From: Octopus vulgaris
Taxonomy: Eukaryota
Reading direction: 5' to 3'
NCBI GenBank assembly: GCA_951406725.2
Contig: OX597820.1
Coordinates: 126,046,001 to 126,110,000 of the forward strand
DNA: 64,000 nt
Part shown: positions 1-14,105 of the stretch, one piece after another
Numbering within the stretch: the stretch's first letter is position 1
How the letters are laid out: each line of letters starts with the position of its first letter
Position numbers and translations under genes: made by a program
The notes under the pieces: model-generated
The model's database searches: none
What the model was told of the DNA's origin: nothing
Seen by the model: the letters and a program-made list of their open reading frames with translations, nothing else

Positions 1-461
1 GATATAATACTACTTATGTTTTGATTAATACGTGTATGCCAGTATACCACAATTGATGTATTTATATCTGAATGTATGTGTGTATGCATATATGTAGGTG
101 TGCATGTGTGCTAACGTTTCAGCCAACTCACCAATGCTACATTTACTCTCGCATTGATTTTGCTTCTGATATCTAATGCATGGAAATATTACTGGACTCA
201 GGTATGAGTTTTAACTAATAGACATTTGCAATTGAGTATGTTTTGTTGTAATTTCAGAACTAATGAACACTTAATATAAAATCATTACACTTGAGAGGGT
301 TGAGCACCTAAATATTTTTGCTTCACTTCATCTAAATTGTTTATATTTTTTGAAAAAAAAAATAGGAAAACTTTTAATGATGCAATTCAGAACTCCTGCT
401 TGAAGCCAAATATACTTTTCATCCAATGAAAAATATCTCTCAATCGAATTTAGAAGACAGT

Positions 462-760
<299 letters not shown>

Positions 761-2447
761 CATATACACTAACAGTTGCCTTAGATACGAAGAACCCTCC
801 TAAGTATCCACTGTTTTCTGAAGCTGCACTAAACTGGGTTTATGTCTATTTCCCCCTTTTCCATCTGTTCAGATCATTAGGGATAGATCCCAATTCACCT
901 ATAACTACCGGGATACATTTTACACGCACTTTCCATGGTCTCTGTAACTTTCCATGGTCCTGCTACTTTGCTGTTTTTCTATACTTCTCATATATTTTGT
1001 TTTTCATTATTTGCGACAGTAAAGTCACTTATCTGCCACATTCTATCCTCTTTATCAACTAATATAAAATCAGGCCTTCTAACATTTATTACTCTGTCAG
1101 TCTGAATGCTAAAGTCCCGCAACCTCTTGTACTTCTTATTTTCTAGTACTTTACTAGGTTCATGTTCATACCATTTATAAGTATGTTCAAATCCTAGATT
1201 TCTACAAAGCTTCCAGTGGATTGCCCTCCCTACATTGCCATGTCTTTCTGTATACTTTCTGTGCCAGCATGCTACATTCACTTACTATATGAGTAACGTG
1301 TCCTCTTTTGACTTGCATAACATACATTGGGAATCTACTTGGTTTTTGTCCATTTTGGCTTTTATCCAATTAGTCCTTAATGCTATTCTTGTGCAGCTAC
1401 TAACAAACTTTCTGTATCCCTCTTCAACTTACCCTTCTGCAGCCATAACTATGTTTCACTATTATTTGCTGACACTGTCTTCGGGAATCTACCATTCACC
1501 GCCTTGCTCCTGCTAGTCAGGATTTTCTGATTTTAAACTGCGTTTGAGTTCTTGGCTTCCCTATGTCTTGCTGTAACTATAGCAGCTTTTAATAAACTTT
1601 CTTTGCTATTACCTACATAGGAGTCTATATCTACTCTAGCCAATTCCACGCAATCTTTCACTTAAACCTCTTCCACATTCTGCTGTAGGTAGGTATAACA
1701 TTGCTACACTTACCCTTGGGTAGAGTCCTCCGTTCGTATTGAATTCCTTGCTTGTTCTTCTGTCTAGCTTTGCTAATTCAGCGTTTTTCCACTCTGAAAA
1801 AGCTGCTGAATATCTAAGTAATGATACTGCCCAAGTATTTGCAGCCCTTAATAGATTCGGATAAAGAAATAACCATTTAGCTTTGACTTCATTAGCTTCC
1901 TCACCGTTCTGATGTACTCCTTCTTAATTTTCGTTTTTATTTCTGTAGTTAATAGTCTGTCAGATTCTAATACTCTTAGATACTAATAACTCCCTCTTCC
2001 TTTCAATGATGTTAATGCCTGGTCATCTGGTAATTGGGTGTCTTTGTTGTTGACTACCTGTTCCCTTCACATGATTAATTTTACACACGTATCTATGCCA
2101 AAGTCCATGCCTGTATATTTGCTGAAGAGTTTTACAGTCTGTATTAAGGAATCTCTCTTTCTTACCAAAATGATTCAGATCATCAATGTAGAGAAACGGT
2201 TGATTTTTCCCTTACAATTTCTGAATTAATACCCTGCATTTGTCTGTCTTAATACTAAACTGAGGAGGAATCAAGCATAGAACAAATATTGAAAGGACCC
2301 TTGAAAAACTCCTCTCTTGATATTAACTTTCTCCAAGAGTGTATCACCTGAGTATAGATCTCTCCAGTTTTTCATGCTAAAGCAAATTAATTCTCTTATG
2401 TGTCTGCTACACTGAACATACTCAAGCATTCACTTATCCAAGTGTAA
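761..2447 (-). mobile_element. 5'-truncated, decayed R4/Dong-like non-LTR retrotransposon (RT plus restriction-like endonuclease)
   Basis: Minus-strand fragments HTWISECL, RGVFQG, INRFLYIDDL (YxDD, ~2172-2204), GMDFGIDTC, and ORF 988-1281 RHGNV..IHWKLC..WYEHEP..IQTD..RRPD (RLE domain). The 3' end runs into (TAA)n. Confidence 0.88.
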
Positions 2448-2504
2448 CAGTCAAAACATATCCATGTTCACGTGCGCGCGTGTGTGTCGTTTGTAAAAAA
2501 CATA

Positions 2505-3140
2505 AACCGGCAACAAGAAGCACACTCTAAGACGTAGATCAGTATGTATTAAAAATGGCGAAAGCCGGTTTATAGGATTACATTAGGTTTCCCGTCCACT
2601 GAGAGTTTATCTTTATGGCGTATCATCAGATCCCAAAATCCTGTTGGCCCATGGCCTCTTAAAAATAGAAAGGAGGAAATGCCTCACTTCTCACCGGTAA
2701 CAACTGAGGATTATCTCCCTTTGCTATTGGCTGTCGACCTCCAGCTTTGCCGCCACCTTGCGGTCTTCAAAAGGCTAGCAGGAACCTTGTGAAATTTAAA
2801 CATAGCCCCAAAATTTCAGTTCTATAACTAAGGATGTTCCCTAGGTCGAGTGAGTCTTTTAGGATTCTCGCGCATTCAGCTATGCATAATTCGCAAGGCT
2901 TCGTTCCGCTGATGTAGGGTCCTGGGTCCTCGACGACTTTCTATGTGATCGAGTATGGAATCTCAGCGTCTCTGAGTTGCCAGACGTGGCTGGCCTGTTA
3001 TGTTACGTATCTCCTTTCCCAAACTCTGAAGGTGGACCTGTGGTTGGAGAGACGTTACTTGAAAAGGTTCCCTGAACATCCAATGTATCACCGTGGGTGT
3101 GTGTTCTCGGTGCTGTACCTGCTAAGTTGTTGTTGTTTGG
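2505..3140 (-). mobile_element. Penelope-like (Naiad-type) 3' fragment: GIY-YIG C-terminal half and terminus with HHR
   Basis: Minus-strand translation YIGCSGNLFK*RLSNH (~3040-3090) and CELCIAE (~2875-2900); HHR at 2575-2633. Confidence 0.7.
2575..2633 (-). ncRNA. Type I hammerhead ribozyme-like motif (weak stem II)
   Basis: GGAU-CUGAUGA-UACGCCA...UGGACGG-GAAAC-CUAAU-GUA/AUCC. Confidence 0.55.
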
Positions 3141-3149
3141 TTTGCCTCC

Positions 3150-4445
3150 CCACCTTCTCCCTTAATACCAAAGCGCCCATGAGTAGAATATACTTTAAAT
3201 TAATAGATAAGCATTTCAATAGCTCCCATGTGTACGGGCCTATTTTCAACAGACACAACGATTAGACGCTCGTTTAGCCGATCCCCTAATATTAAGAGCA
3301 TCCTATTTAGCGCCTCCAAGCCACAGAAAGAGGAGGATATTCATGCAGGGACCGCACCTGATGCCCGGTGAGTGGCCACTACGAAACTAATTGGGTCATC
3401 TATGAAGCCGAAGTTGTAGAAAACGCTGGCAATACCACCGTTAGAAGCGGTGGCAACCGTAGACACAAGGACAGAGCCAGCAACACTGCCACCATCGCCA
3501 CAGTTGGGGAGACTAGCAGTAATAGCAATAACAGAACAGGCGACAGCATTGGAATTCCCCCGACGGTAATAACAGCAGTAGCATCGCTATCAATACCAGC
3601 ATTACCAACAGCTCCCCTAACGTCCACAGGAGCAGACCTGACAGCCCCTATAGCAGCAGCAACAGTGGAGGCGCAATGGCCCAGTGGTTAGAGCAGCGGA
3701 CTCGCGGTCGGAGGATCGCAGTTTCGATTCCCAAGCCGGGCGTTGTGTGTGTTTACTGAGCGAAAACACCTAAAGCCCCACGAGGCTCCGGAAGGGGGGG
3801 GTGGTGGCGACCCCTGTTGTACTCTTTCGCTCCAACTTTCTCTCACTCTTTCTTCCTGTTTCTTGCCCCCGACTTCCTACGCAACTGCTGGGACTGGATG
3901 CGCATTCATCCATCCGTCGATGCTCTCGGTGTCGGGGGTTGACCTGCTTTCTCTTCCTGCAGGTCTTACGAACAGCAAAAGGACCACGTTTCGGACTTCT
4001 CTCACTACAGAAGACCGCTTCGCTCAACATCAGCATCATCACACCAACAGCAACAGTAGCATCGCCATCAATACCAGCATCACCAACAGCTCCCCTAACG
4101 CCCACAGTAGCAGACCTGACAGCCCCTATAGCAGCAACAACATGTCCAGTACGACCACCAGCTATGACGGCAATAACAGCAGCAGCAGCGACAGTGACCC
4201 TAGCAGAAGCAGCAGTGGAACCACAGCTAATTACATCCCGAGTAGCAATGGCAACTCTCCCACCAATGAAGAGGACCACAATAACAACAAGAGTCGGAAG
4301 GGAGATAATCCCCAATCGTTTCCTTTGAGTTGGAGGTCATGGAGCAACAGGTTTTTCAGTCCTGACGATATACCATAAAGCTAAATCCGTTATGGACGGG
4401 AAATTTAAGGTAATCCCATAACCCGGCCTTCCCCATTTTTAATAT
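3150..4445 (+). mobile_element. Penelope-like (Naiad-type) fragment, opposite arm, with low-complexity tract and SINE insertion
   Basis: FKLIDKHF..H.YGPIFNRH and CPVSGHYETNWVIYEAEV motifs. 4320-4445 is a diverged reverse complement of 2545-2675 and contains CUGACGA...GAAA...GUA. Confidence 0.65.
3666..4030 (+). mobile_element. tRNA-derived SINE
   Basis: Box A TGGCCCAGTGG and box B GTTTCGATTCC in a tRNA-like head, followed by body and CAA/CAG-rich tail. Confidence 0.8.
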
Positions 4446-4627
4446 ACATGTATATATATATGCATATATAAATGTTTTGGAGTCTAATAATACCATGTAC
4501 GCCTATGAAGATTTACAAACATACTTTCCCAATGATACTCGGTTTACCTACCATTATAACCAATACCAAATGTTTTTTCTCAAACCTTTTATAATGTGAT
4601 ACAAGTCTTTAGTGCAGCAATTGCACG

Positions 4628-4718
4628 CGGCTGAAGAAGGCTTTTGAACTATCCGTTATGTCGGTTTTGCATTGATGTAAGTATAAGTTGTTCTATAAAG
4701 CCCGAAACATATGTACCG
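4628..4718 (+). ncRNA. Type I hammerhead ribozyme with extended stem II
   Basis: CGG-CUGAAGA-AGGCUUUUGAAC...GUUCUAUAAAGCCC-GAAAC-AUAU-GUA/CCG; palindromic stem III ACAUAUGU; (AT)n about 115 nt downstream. Confidence 0.7.
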
Positions 4719-4833
4719 AAACATCCTTTGTGTCCTGCTTTTCATTAACTTCATTTGATACATATATTCTATCTCCTATGCTACTAGCTGGCATATACAG
4801 GTGCTTACATTTATCAAGTATTCACCCTGAATT

Positions 4834-4997
4834 TATATATATATATATATGAAAGTATGTATTATATATATATATATATGTGTATATATATATGTTTATA
4901 TATGTGTGTGTGTGTGTGTGTGTACATACATATATACATATATATGTTGTTGTTAGATTTCTGGACGCTCATTTTTTTATTTCACTAAATAAACACA

Positions 4998-5071
<74 letters not shown>

Positions 5072-5086
5072 TGTGTGTGTGTGTAT

Positions 5087-5118
<32 letters not shown>

Positions 5119-5135
5119 CAAGCATATATATATAT
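4834..5135. repeat. (AT)n/(GT)n microsatellites
   Basis: Directly visible. Confidence 0.95.
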
Positions 5136-5989
5136 AATGCATATATTCGTTGCTCACTTCAGCTTTATCACAGTTCTCATTGTTGTATCGTTGTGTCCTT
5201 TGTCTTAAATCTTTTGTCACACATCCTGCAACCTCTTCGCCCACACTCCCTCACACGCGTTTTCTCCTCTTCTGTTTAGTCCATTCTTTCTTTCAACACA
5301 TCAGGAATTTTGTAAAAGAATTACATAAACGTGCATACGCCCACATGCATACACACACATACACTCACACGCTCACAAACATATGTACGAACACTCACGC
5401 AAACACTCACACACACACACACATATATATATACAAATTATAATAACGGAATCTTTTATTCCACTCCTTTGTTATCCCAATCTTTGTTTCTCTACTTTTA
5501 AATCTATTTCATTCTATTCTATTTTCTATTTTATATGTTTAACAATTCAAAATAAACAAAAAGCTCTCAATTGTATACATGTGTTCATATGTTTGATAAA
5601 TGGCAAAAACCGTGCTATTTGTCTCAATTCAAGTATATATTTTAACACACGATAATATATCAAATCACTGGCAAAACATACAAAGAGAGAATAGAATAAA
5701 TGACATATCATCTTTGATATTGTTTTTCGTTTCTTAACACAGTAAATTTCTGTAACATAACCGAGCTTTATCTGTTTCGTGATTACTTGAAAATATAATG
5801 AAGAACAACGATCCAACACAATAAAAATAACTACATTGATAATATTTTGTTTTTGTTGGCCAATAAAATACGATAAGCATTTTTAGATAATCCGCAAAAT
5901 TTATTGAAGTCGTTCATTTGTTCATTAGTATAATGAATATATTTATAATGAACATTTTTCCATTACAAGAGCCTTTACTGAAGGTAATG

Positions 5990-6760
5990 TAAAAAGGAGT
6001 AATATTAAACATTTTGGCACACACATATCACTATTATGTACCATCAATGCAACCCTTGTGCTCGGTGCGACGCAACTTTTCGAAACACATTGGGTTTAAT
6101 ATTAGTCGTGTTTAACCGCAAATCACTTCGATTGAATATATCCAGCCTATTTCTACTTTTAGACAGCAAAGTATTAACGTGTCTGAGGCCTGAATTTGCA
6201 AGTAGAACGTTAGGAAGGCAAGCAAAACCAACTTTAAGTGCTTCCATAGACTGGAATAAGCTGTCACTAATCTTTGATGATACCATTGGCCGTGTTTGCC
6301 GTGAAGCTGATACCGCATTGTAGCATCATTGTCATTTTGTAAATCAATCAGTTCTTTCAGCCCATCGTTTTCACAATCGATTACTTGGACTTACCTGGAA
6401 CATGCAATAATATCCTGAAATCGCTATACCATGCCATCATTCGATGATTTCAAATAATTGCAATATACAATAATATCATCGTCAGCCAATTCATTTTTCA
6501 AGCTATTCAGTCGCTGAAATTGGTGAAGCTGACCTCTAGAAATATCCATCTTATATAGCGTTAATTTAGAAATGAAGGCGGTGATGGACGATTTACAGTC
6601 GACAAACGTTCTTTGGAAATGGAAAACTTACACAGGATCCAGAAGATAGTTTGCACCACCTCCCATGTGGCAATATGACTGCCTTCCTTGAAGAAATGAA
6701 GAGCAAGGTATTTCCAAACATTGCCACAAACTACAAAAGTCACAAGTAGCTATGTGAAAG
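5990..6760 (-). pseudogene. hAT (Buster/Charlie/SCAND3-like) transposase C-terminal remnant
   Basis: ORF 6044-6286 ending LLSKSRNRLDIFNRSDLRLNTTNIKPN...HRAQGLH resembles the dimerisation-domain C-terminus of this family; boundaries approximate. Confidence 0.6.
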
Positions 6761-6809
6761 AATATTTCTGGCACCAAGGAATGATGCTGTCGACAAGCTG
6801 AACCTAAAT

Positions 6810-7400
6810 TTGTTGTCTCAGTTTCCACGAACCGAATGTTCATACAGATCAATAGATTATGTCCGTGATCAACAACAGGTAACGCATTACCCAGTGGAGT
6901 TCCTCAATTCACTTCAAACACCAGGATTTCTGCCATACATTCTGATCATGAAAACAGGTGCTCCCAAAATGTTGTTAAGAAAATTTGATGCACCCAGACT
7001 CTGCAAGGGAACATGGCTGGTTGTTAAAACAGCCATGCCCCATGTGTTGGAAGCAGCAATAATTACAGGCAACATGATGTGTGAGAATGTCTTCATTCCA
7101 AGGAAACCTTTCACCTCGTTAGTTGTCAGAGTAAGCTGCTTGACATAGTGCCATATATATGAGGACTTGATGCAAGCTCTCATTCCATCGGCCTTGTTCC
7201 TCAGAAAATGACAGGTAGAAGTCACCAGCTGTGAGGTCAATCTCTAATGGTTGTAGGACTTAACCTCCTTCAATCATGCTTCTTAGATGTTCAGCTGTTT
7301 GTTGGATATTCCAGAGTTGGAGATGAAAAGAACCTCTACATACTCAGTGATAAACATGACAAGACAAAAAAACATAGTATCTGAAGAAGCACTTACATGA
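6810..7400 (+). pseudogene. Helitron PIF1-like helicase remnant
   Basis: YPVEFLNSLQTPG..ILIMKTGAPKMLLRKFDAPRLCKGTWLVV..EAAIITG..VFIPR matches the Helitron helicase motif series. Confidence 0.85.
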
Positions 7401-7456
7401 ATAGTATGTGCAAGTAATGTACAGACGTGTGAAACCATCGAGTGTTTAAAGTAAGT

Positions 7457-8185
7457 ACAGACATACCTCGACTTAAGTCATTTCAATTTAAGTCATACTC
7501 CATTATGCGTCAGTTTTCGAAAATTTTATATGGAAACATAAAAATCAAGTTAAGTCATTTTACTTGACTTTACGTCTGTCTACCACAAATATTGGAACCG
7601 TAAAATCACTAGAAAACAGTTAAAAGCACATAAAATCATGTTATTGAACAGTAAATAAGAATAAAAGAATATAAAATCATATTAAAATACGTACAGTAAA
7701 TGTTAAGAAACACACCATAAAGTAGTGTAGGTTAGTGAACGAAATCATGTAATCAGCTCTGTTGTTTTATTTATCGGTCTTTCAGAGCTCATATTGCACT
7801 GTAGTTCCAATATCTACCACTAGGCGTCGTTGTCACTCGTGATTCCAGCGATTGTTTTGAATTCAGATTCGTTTACCTCTGTTTATCAGCTACTTTCTCA
7901 TTCTCAATCACCTGTGACTTTATTTTTTTCTCTCAAGGCTCCTAAGAAAATTCATAGTGAAAGTGCTAAGCGCCATGCTACAACGCTGGAAGATAAACCA
8001 TCTATGATAAAACGCCATGGAAAAGTTGAAAAAGTGGTCACAGTTGCACGATTTTTTGGTATGAGTCGGACGATTGTACATAATAAGGACAAGATTTTAG
8101 CACATCTCAAATCTGAAGCCTCAGAGATGAAGAATACTGTCATCAATAAGAAAAGAGGCAAAAATCTTTGAAGAATTAACAGAAT
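7457..8185 (+). mobile_element. Tigger/pogo DNA transposon 5' fragment
   Basis: TA-CAGACATACCTCGACTT terminus; ORF 7830-8171 KRHATTLEDK..IKRHGK..VARFFGMS..TIVHNKDKI resembles a CENP-B/psq HTH. Confidence 0.7.
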
Positions 8186-9492
8186 TAACACAGGTTATAG
8201 AAACCTAAACCTTCTTCCACGAATAGATAGCTTAAACTGTGCTCTAAATGGAGGTGTAGCGAAATCCTATTTAATGGACACAACCATGTTCTAAAATACG
8301 TCGAAATGTAAGCTACTATAAATCGGCACGAACTTTCCGGACAACCCAATAGTACGATGCAATCAGTTTGTTATCTTGCTGCTAAGTTGCATTCGGAAAT
8401 TCGATCAATACAATCCAACAGCTTCAAGTAGCTATCTGCTTTCATGACCATTGGCAGTAAGTTGTGAACAGGTCCCATCTTGTGATTCTCATATTTTGTC
8501 TGGCATTGTGGTTTGCACCTCCCTGTCTACAGCATACTGTCAGAGTTCTTAGAGATCAATGCCTGTGTCAATTTTGTGTGATCACTCATTGCTAGTGACG
8601 TTAACGAGTTTATCCTGAGGTCACTTCTTAATTTTAATGGCAAAATTGTTCTTGCCCTTTGGAATCACAGTAGGCATTACATTTCTGTTCAATGTTATTC
8701 AAGACTTCAGCATACAACAGTGCTTTTCCATAACACGGTAGTTCAATAATATCCTATACACCACTATAGTACACTTCCTTTTCATTACACTGCAATTCAG
8801 TGTTATCTAACACTTCACGAAACACTGCACTGCACTGTCATTTAATTACATTCTACGTTATTCTACACTTCTTTTCATCTACATTAATGCAAACCTGCAT
8901 AGGTACAGGTGTAAACCAAACCATCTGTCTATGATTTACGAAGAGAAATTCTGGGTTCAATCGCCTCCTGTGGAAGTTTAAGCACATGTTTTCAATTATA
9001 GACCGTGTGTTGTTTATGCATTTTGGTGTGCATCACACTGCAATTCATGTGTATAATTTGTGGTATTTAGTTCCTCTTACGTTTCCTTTAAGAACGATTT
9101 CTTAAATAGATCGGATGACGAATCATGTATTTGTGTAGGCAACTGCGGTCGATATAGACATAAAAAAATATTTTACCATAATAAATTAGAGTAGCAGGAT
9201 ATATGATTGTACAATTACCTTTGATTTAGTTATGGTGTCATTGTCCTCGTTGCTTTACTCTATCTCGACCCTCGACGAAAAAAGCTACGATTTAGAAGAA
9301 ACTGGTTTTACCTATGTTTTTTTTTTATATGCAGACAAAATTGTCTAATGTAATCTTTATTTAAGATAGAAGTCTTTGACTTAAAGTAGATTTTTGAACA
9401 GATTGAGTGACTGTCTATAGGTTTCCGCGTGGTTCTCTGTATGTAGGCGTATGTTTAAAAAAAGAAAAAAGATACTTTTTCTTAGCACATCT

Positions 9493-9495
<3 letters not shown>

Positions 9496-9573
<78 letters not shown>

Positions 9574-9595
9574 GTCTCTCTCTCTGTCTCTCTTT
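9496..9595. repeat. (CT)n microsatellite
   Basis: Directly visible. Confidence 0.95.
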
Positions 9596-10137
9596 CTCTT
9601 CCACTTTCTTTCTCCCTTTCGTCTCACTCTGTCTCTTTCTCTCTCAGTTTTTGTGTGCGTCTCTGTGTGTTTTAAATATAATGCTGTAAAAGCAATTTAC
9701 AATAAAGAGCACAACACAAGAGCAACATTTGACAAATATAACATTAGTATAACGTTTTAAACAGAGAATGCATTAACGCTTCGGACACTATTCTTTCATC
9801 ACAAGAGAAGTGTTATATAATGGGAGTACAATAAAGAGGTAATGAAAGAAGAAAACAGGCAAACGTTCAGGACCCATGTGTGAATACTGTTCTATGGTAG
9901 CGGTTCAAAAGGGGAAGGCACAGGTATATAATTGCCACTATCAAAGTATATGTATAACTGAGACTGACATAGATGGAATAGGGTACATTTTTAGTTCGTA
10001 TATGTATATGGAGATATGGCCAAAATACGGGCCATGAACCTATTTTTTATATTTACTTTGAGCATCTTCTATAGGTATTTTGAAACGCACCTGTTGACAC
10101 ACACACACATAAACATACACACATATATGTATATGTG

Positions 10138-10219
<82 letters not shown>

Positions 10220-10220
<1 letters not shown>

Positions 10221-10470
10221 GGAACCCCTTCGGTCATGAATAATCATAGGATTGTACCTAGAAGTTTCCCTCCCGCGGTACACGTCCGGGCAATGCTATT
10301 TATGGAAGAATTGTAGTGGCCCATGCAGACCATCCTCTCTTCTCCACGCAACTGATGTTGTCCAAGGGAAAGTCAAAAGCCGATTCAGCTTAGCTCTAGT
10401 GACTTCGCAACCCATTTCTACTGCTGAGTGAACTGGAGTAACGTGAAATAAAGTGTCTTGCTCAAGAAAT
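10220..10470 (-). mobile_element. SINE fragment (same family as 31668-32002)
   Basis: Shares blocks such as CCAAGGGAAAG and AACTGGAG..CGTG.AATAAAGTGTCTTGCTCAAG. Confidence 0.8.
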
Positions 10471-10629
10471 CAATACATATATATATATATGATATATATG
10501 TATGTGGTGTGTGTGTGTGTGTACATGCATTTATATATGTTATATAGTTATTGTGTATATTTTATATATATGTATATGTACACATATATGTACGCTCACA
10601 TATACATGTGTACACAGCACACACAAATA

Positions 10630-10631
10630 GG

Positions 10632-10726
<95 letters not shown>
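10630..10726. repeat. (GATA)n microsatellite
   Basis: Directly visible. Confidence 0.97.
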
Positions 10727-10989
10727 TTTGCGTGTATGTATGAATGACATCCGTTTTTCTCTCCAGGCTTACATGGTAATTAGTACTCAATACTGCAAGT
10801 TAATGAACTGATATTCACGTCTCCAGATTTTTACAACTGTGATCGATATCGATCAATGTTACACAAGCTACGACTAGCGTGCCTCGGCTCACAGGAAAAA
10901 GATTATAGACAGACGTGTATCTATCCAGTTGCTATATTTCATATCAGTTTACGTTTCGAAGAAATGAAAATTATTTTTATATAATGCAG

Positions 10990-11452
10990 AAAACTTTTAA
11001 TGATCCAACTAACATTAACAGTACATCTAACATTCAATGATGCAGCCAAAGTTATGAGTGCAACCAAACTTTAGTATCCCAGCTAACATAAAGAGATCAG
11101 TTTACTTTTGAATGTCCCCTTTACCACTAATAGAACTTCAAACTTTTAACGGTCCAATATTAAAAATACAGCTAACTTTTAGTAGTCCTGCTAACTTTTA
11201 ATGGCCTGGCTAACATTAATACAGCACTAAACTTTTGATAGTCCAGTTAATATTAATGTTACATGTAAATGTTGATGGACCCGCTGACTGTGTAGATAAA
11301 TGTTAATATCGTAACTAACACTTCAGATAATTTTTAATGGCCCATCTAACCCTATTACTGCAGAACTAACTTTAAATGATCCAGTTACCATCAACAGTAC
11401 AGCTAATTTTTAATCGTCAATTTAACATTTATAATTAAACTATCTTTTAATA
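10990..11452. repeat. Degenerate minisatellite (about 16-17/33-bp unit, CAGCTAACTTTTAATGGTC-like)
   Basis: Recurrent CTAAC-TTTTAATG / CTAAC-ATTAA motifs. Confidence 0.65.
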
Positions 11453-11899
11453 GTTTTTATTTTATTTTAATTTATGTATATATTTTTATACCTGAAGCAT
11501 TTCGAAGATGGAGAATTGTCCATGGCATTTGGAGTCCCTCCGAGACGAGTGGAATCTTAACAATTAATGCTCCTGGAGGTATCCAGAACGAAACCTGCAG
11601 TAAAGATATGAAGACATGAGCAAGTATGAAAATCTGAAGGGCTGAAGTTTTGCGGATGTGGGACTGAACGTTGTAGTAAGTGCATGATCTGGTCGGAGTC
11701 AGCAAGGATGATGAGCAGAGGGGAAATGAGTGACTTTACAAGGTCTAGCTGGCGTAAACACGGGAAAAAGAATTCATTATAGTAGTTGAGAATGTAGAAA
11801 GAGAAGACGGCATGTCTGTGAGTCAGAAGATGGAGCGTGTCGGTATGTTATGCCATTCAGGCAAACGGCGTTTCTCTGGATGCAGTTTAGTAGGACAAT

Positions 11900-12800
11900 A
11901 TACTTAGCAGCAGCACTGAGTTTGATTTGCAAACAGTATTCTATTGTTCGCCTCAACCGAACTTCATAGTGAGTCTGTTATAAAGGCGGAAATGAAGGTT
12001 TTATCGATTCTGAAGGGAATGGCCAGCCTTTTGGGATGAGTTCCTATCTATGTTAAAGATAGGTTTTCCCCGGAAGAAAATCTCGGTGATTATAAAACCC
12101 AACATTTGAAGCGAATACGAGGGCCATACTTTTGCGATGTTCATTTATATAAATAGGTTGCACTGCAATGATGTTTATTTAATATAAGTAGTTCGTATGT
12201 TTTTGTACAGTTCTTATAATGTTTACATTTGTATTTTAATGAATAACTAATATGAAAACAGTTTTAACATTGTGAGATGCATCAGAGTGTTATTGTTTCC
12301 TATAAAATATTCACAAATCTAGTTCTGCATGGCTTAATTCCAAACCAAAATTATTCAGCTAAGAAAGTCTTCAAGAAACAACGATGTTGCCAAAATATGG
12401 GCCATAAAGCTATTTTTAATATTTGGTGTACCTGGGTTATGTTTTTGATATAGATTTACTTTGACTATCTTCCATAAATGTTCCGAAAACTTACATGATG
12501 GTAGTGACTTTAAATCTAAAATTTTAAGAAACTAGACTTTTTTTAATGGATGTTAAACTTGTGTTTTTCTAAAGACAATGTGTCTTATCTTTGGAAAAGA
12601 TTCCAATAGTATTTCTGCTTATACATCTAGTTCAATTGATATTACGATACCCTACCACCTATCAATTGATGGCCCGTATATCATTTGTCTTGAGAGAGCA
12701 AATCGTCGATTCGTTAAAGCGTTGGATAGATTGTTTTACGGTAATTATTCCGGTTCGCTAGGTGTTGAGTTATAAATCCTGCCGATTTCAAATTTTGCCT
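11900..12800 (-). mobile_element. Highly decayed retroelement RT remnant, possibly Penelope-like
   Basis: Only scattered weak motifs (SSHPK, NVKTVF-like); no open frame. Confidence 0.3.
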
Positions 12801-13399
12801 TTCCTCTTTTGCGAGACAAAAATGCCCTCCTTTTGGAGTCAATAGTCTTATGCTACGGTCGATTTTTCTCTCTGTTTCACTCCTCTTTTATGTTTGTCTT
12901 TATCTCTTCTGAAAGAATTCGGCTTCGCAGAGGGGTGTGTAACGCCAAGTTTAAAAGTGCACGACACGTCGTATGCCACCATCGCTCGCCTGCGATTCAA
13001 TCAAGGTGAGGGCCCAATACAAGGTTAGTCTCATATACCTTGTTTTTCACAATGATTACCATATGCAAATGCTTTGTGTTTATCTTTCACCATCCATTCG
13101 GAGTCGATAAAATTTGATGACACCCACGAATATATGCGGTAAATGTTACAGCATCTCATTTTGGGTATCATGGATGTTGTTGCTTATACGTTTTTTGTCT
13201 TCCAGCTGCGATTTTGAACAGTGCTGGTTTGCAAATATAACTGATGGAACGATTATTTTCTGCTGTATTTTATATTTTGTGAGTGTGGAAATCGTGCAGC
13301 AAATATACGTGAGAGTCGGTATGTGGTTAATAAGCTTGCATTTCAGCCACCCAGTTGTGGATTTCGTTCCTCAGTGTGGTTCCTTGGATAATTGTCCAA

Positions 13400-13522
13400 A
13401 GTAGGCCCAATCCGATCATTAGCTTGTGAGGGAATTTGGTAGACAGAAAGTCCGTAGATGACAATAGTATAGGTGCGCGCGCTTGTATGTGTGTTTGTGC
13501 GAGTATGTGTGTGTGTTTGTGC

Positions 13523-13567
<45 letters not shown>

Positions 13568-13755
13568 CGTGCGTGCGTTTGCTTTTATTTCACCACCACT
13601 TGACAGCCAATGTTGGTATGTATACGCTTGCAGTTCGGCAAAAAATACGACACGATACCAGACTTGAAAAGTAAGTACAGGAGTTAATTTGTTCAACTAA
13701 ACTCTTAAAAGTGGTGCACCAGTATGACCGCAGTTCAGTTACTGAAGAAAGTAAC
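13400..13755 (+). mobile_element. SINE with internal (GT)n
   Basis: GATTTGGTAGAC.GAAA, (GT)n, TTGACA.CC, CAGTATGACCGCAGT..ACTGAA blocks shared with 17220 and 57956 copies. Confidence 0.75.
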
Positions 13756-13904
13756 TGATAAAGCATAGATGAAAGAAATGCTTTACAATGAGGCTGAAAT
13801 TGATACAAATGGCCGAGTACGGATGCAAGAAATATGTATGGCCTTTCGGTTATTTGTGTGGTACATCATCAATTTAGTAAGGTCTTACATACCATTTTCA
13901 ATTT

Positions 13905-14105
13905 TTGATACAAGACAAGCAATTTTGCAGGAAGGGTAAGTCGGTTATATCATTACTAGTACTCAACTGGTACTTATTTTATCGACCCCGACAGGATGAC
14001 AGGCAATGTCGACAACGGTGGAATTTGGACTCAGAATGTAAAGACGGACGAAATGCCGCCAAGCATTTCGCTCGCGCCGCTAATGATTCTACCAAGACAC
14101 CGCTG
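13905..14105 (-). mobile_element. tRNA-derived SINE (family of 19862-20092)
   Basis: Reverse complement of GGGGTCGATAAAATAAGTACCAG and of the tRNA-like head. Confidence 0.8.

Noticed and set aside
3666-3740. tRNA gene
   Set aside because: The tRNA-like head continues into a SINE body with an imperfect acceptor stem; other box A/B hits are also SINE heads
3743-4378. Overlapping 175-211 aa ORFs as a host mucin-like gene
   Set aside because: They run through a SINE and a CAG/CAA-rich tract within a PLE remnant
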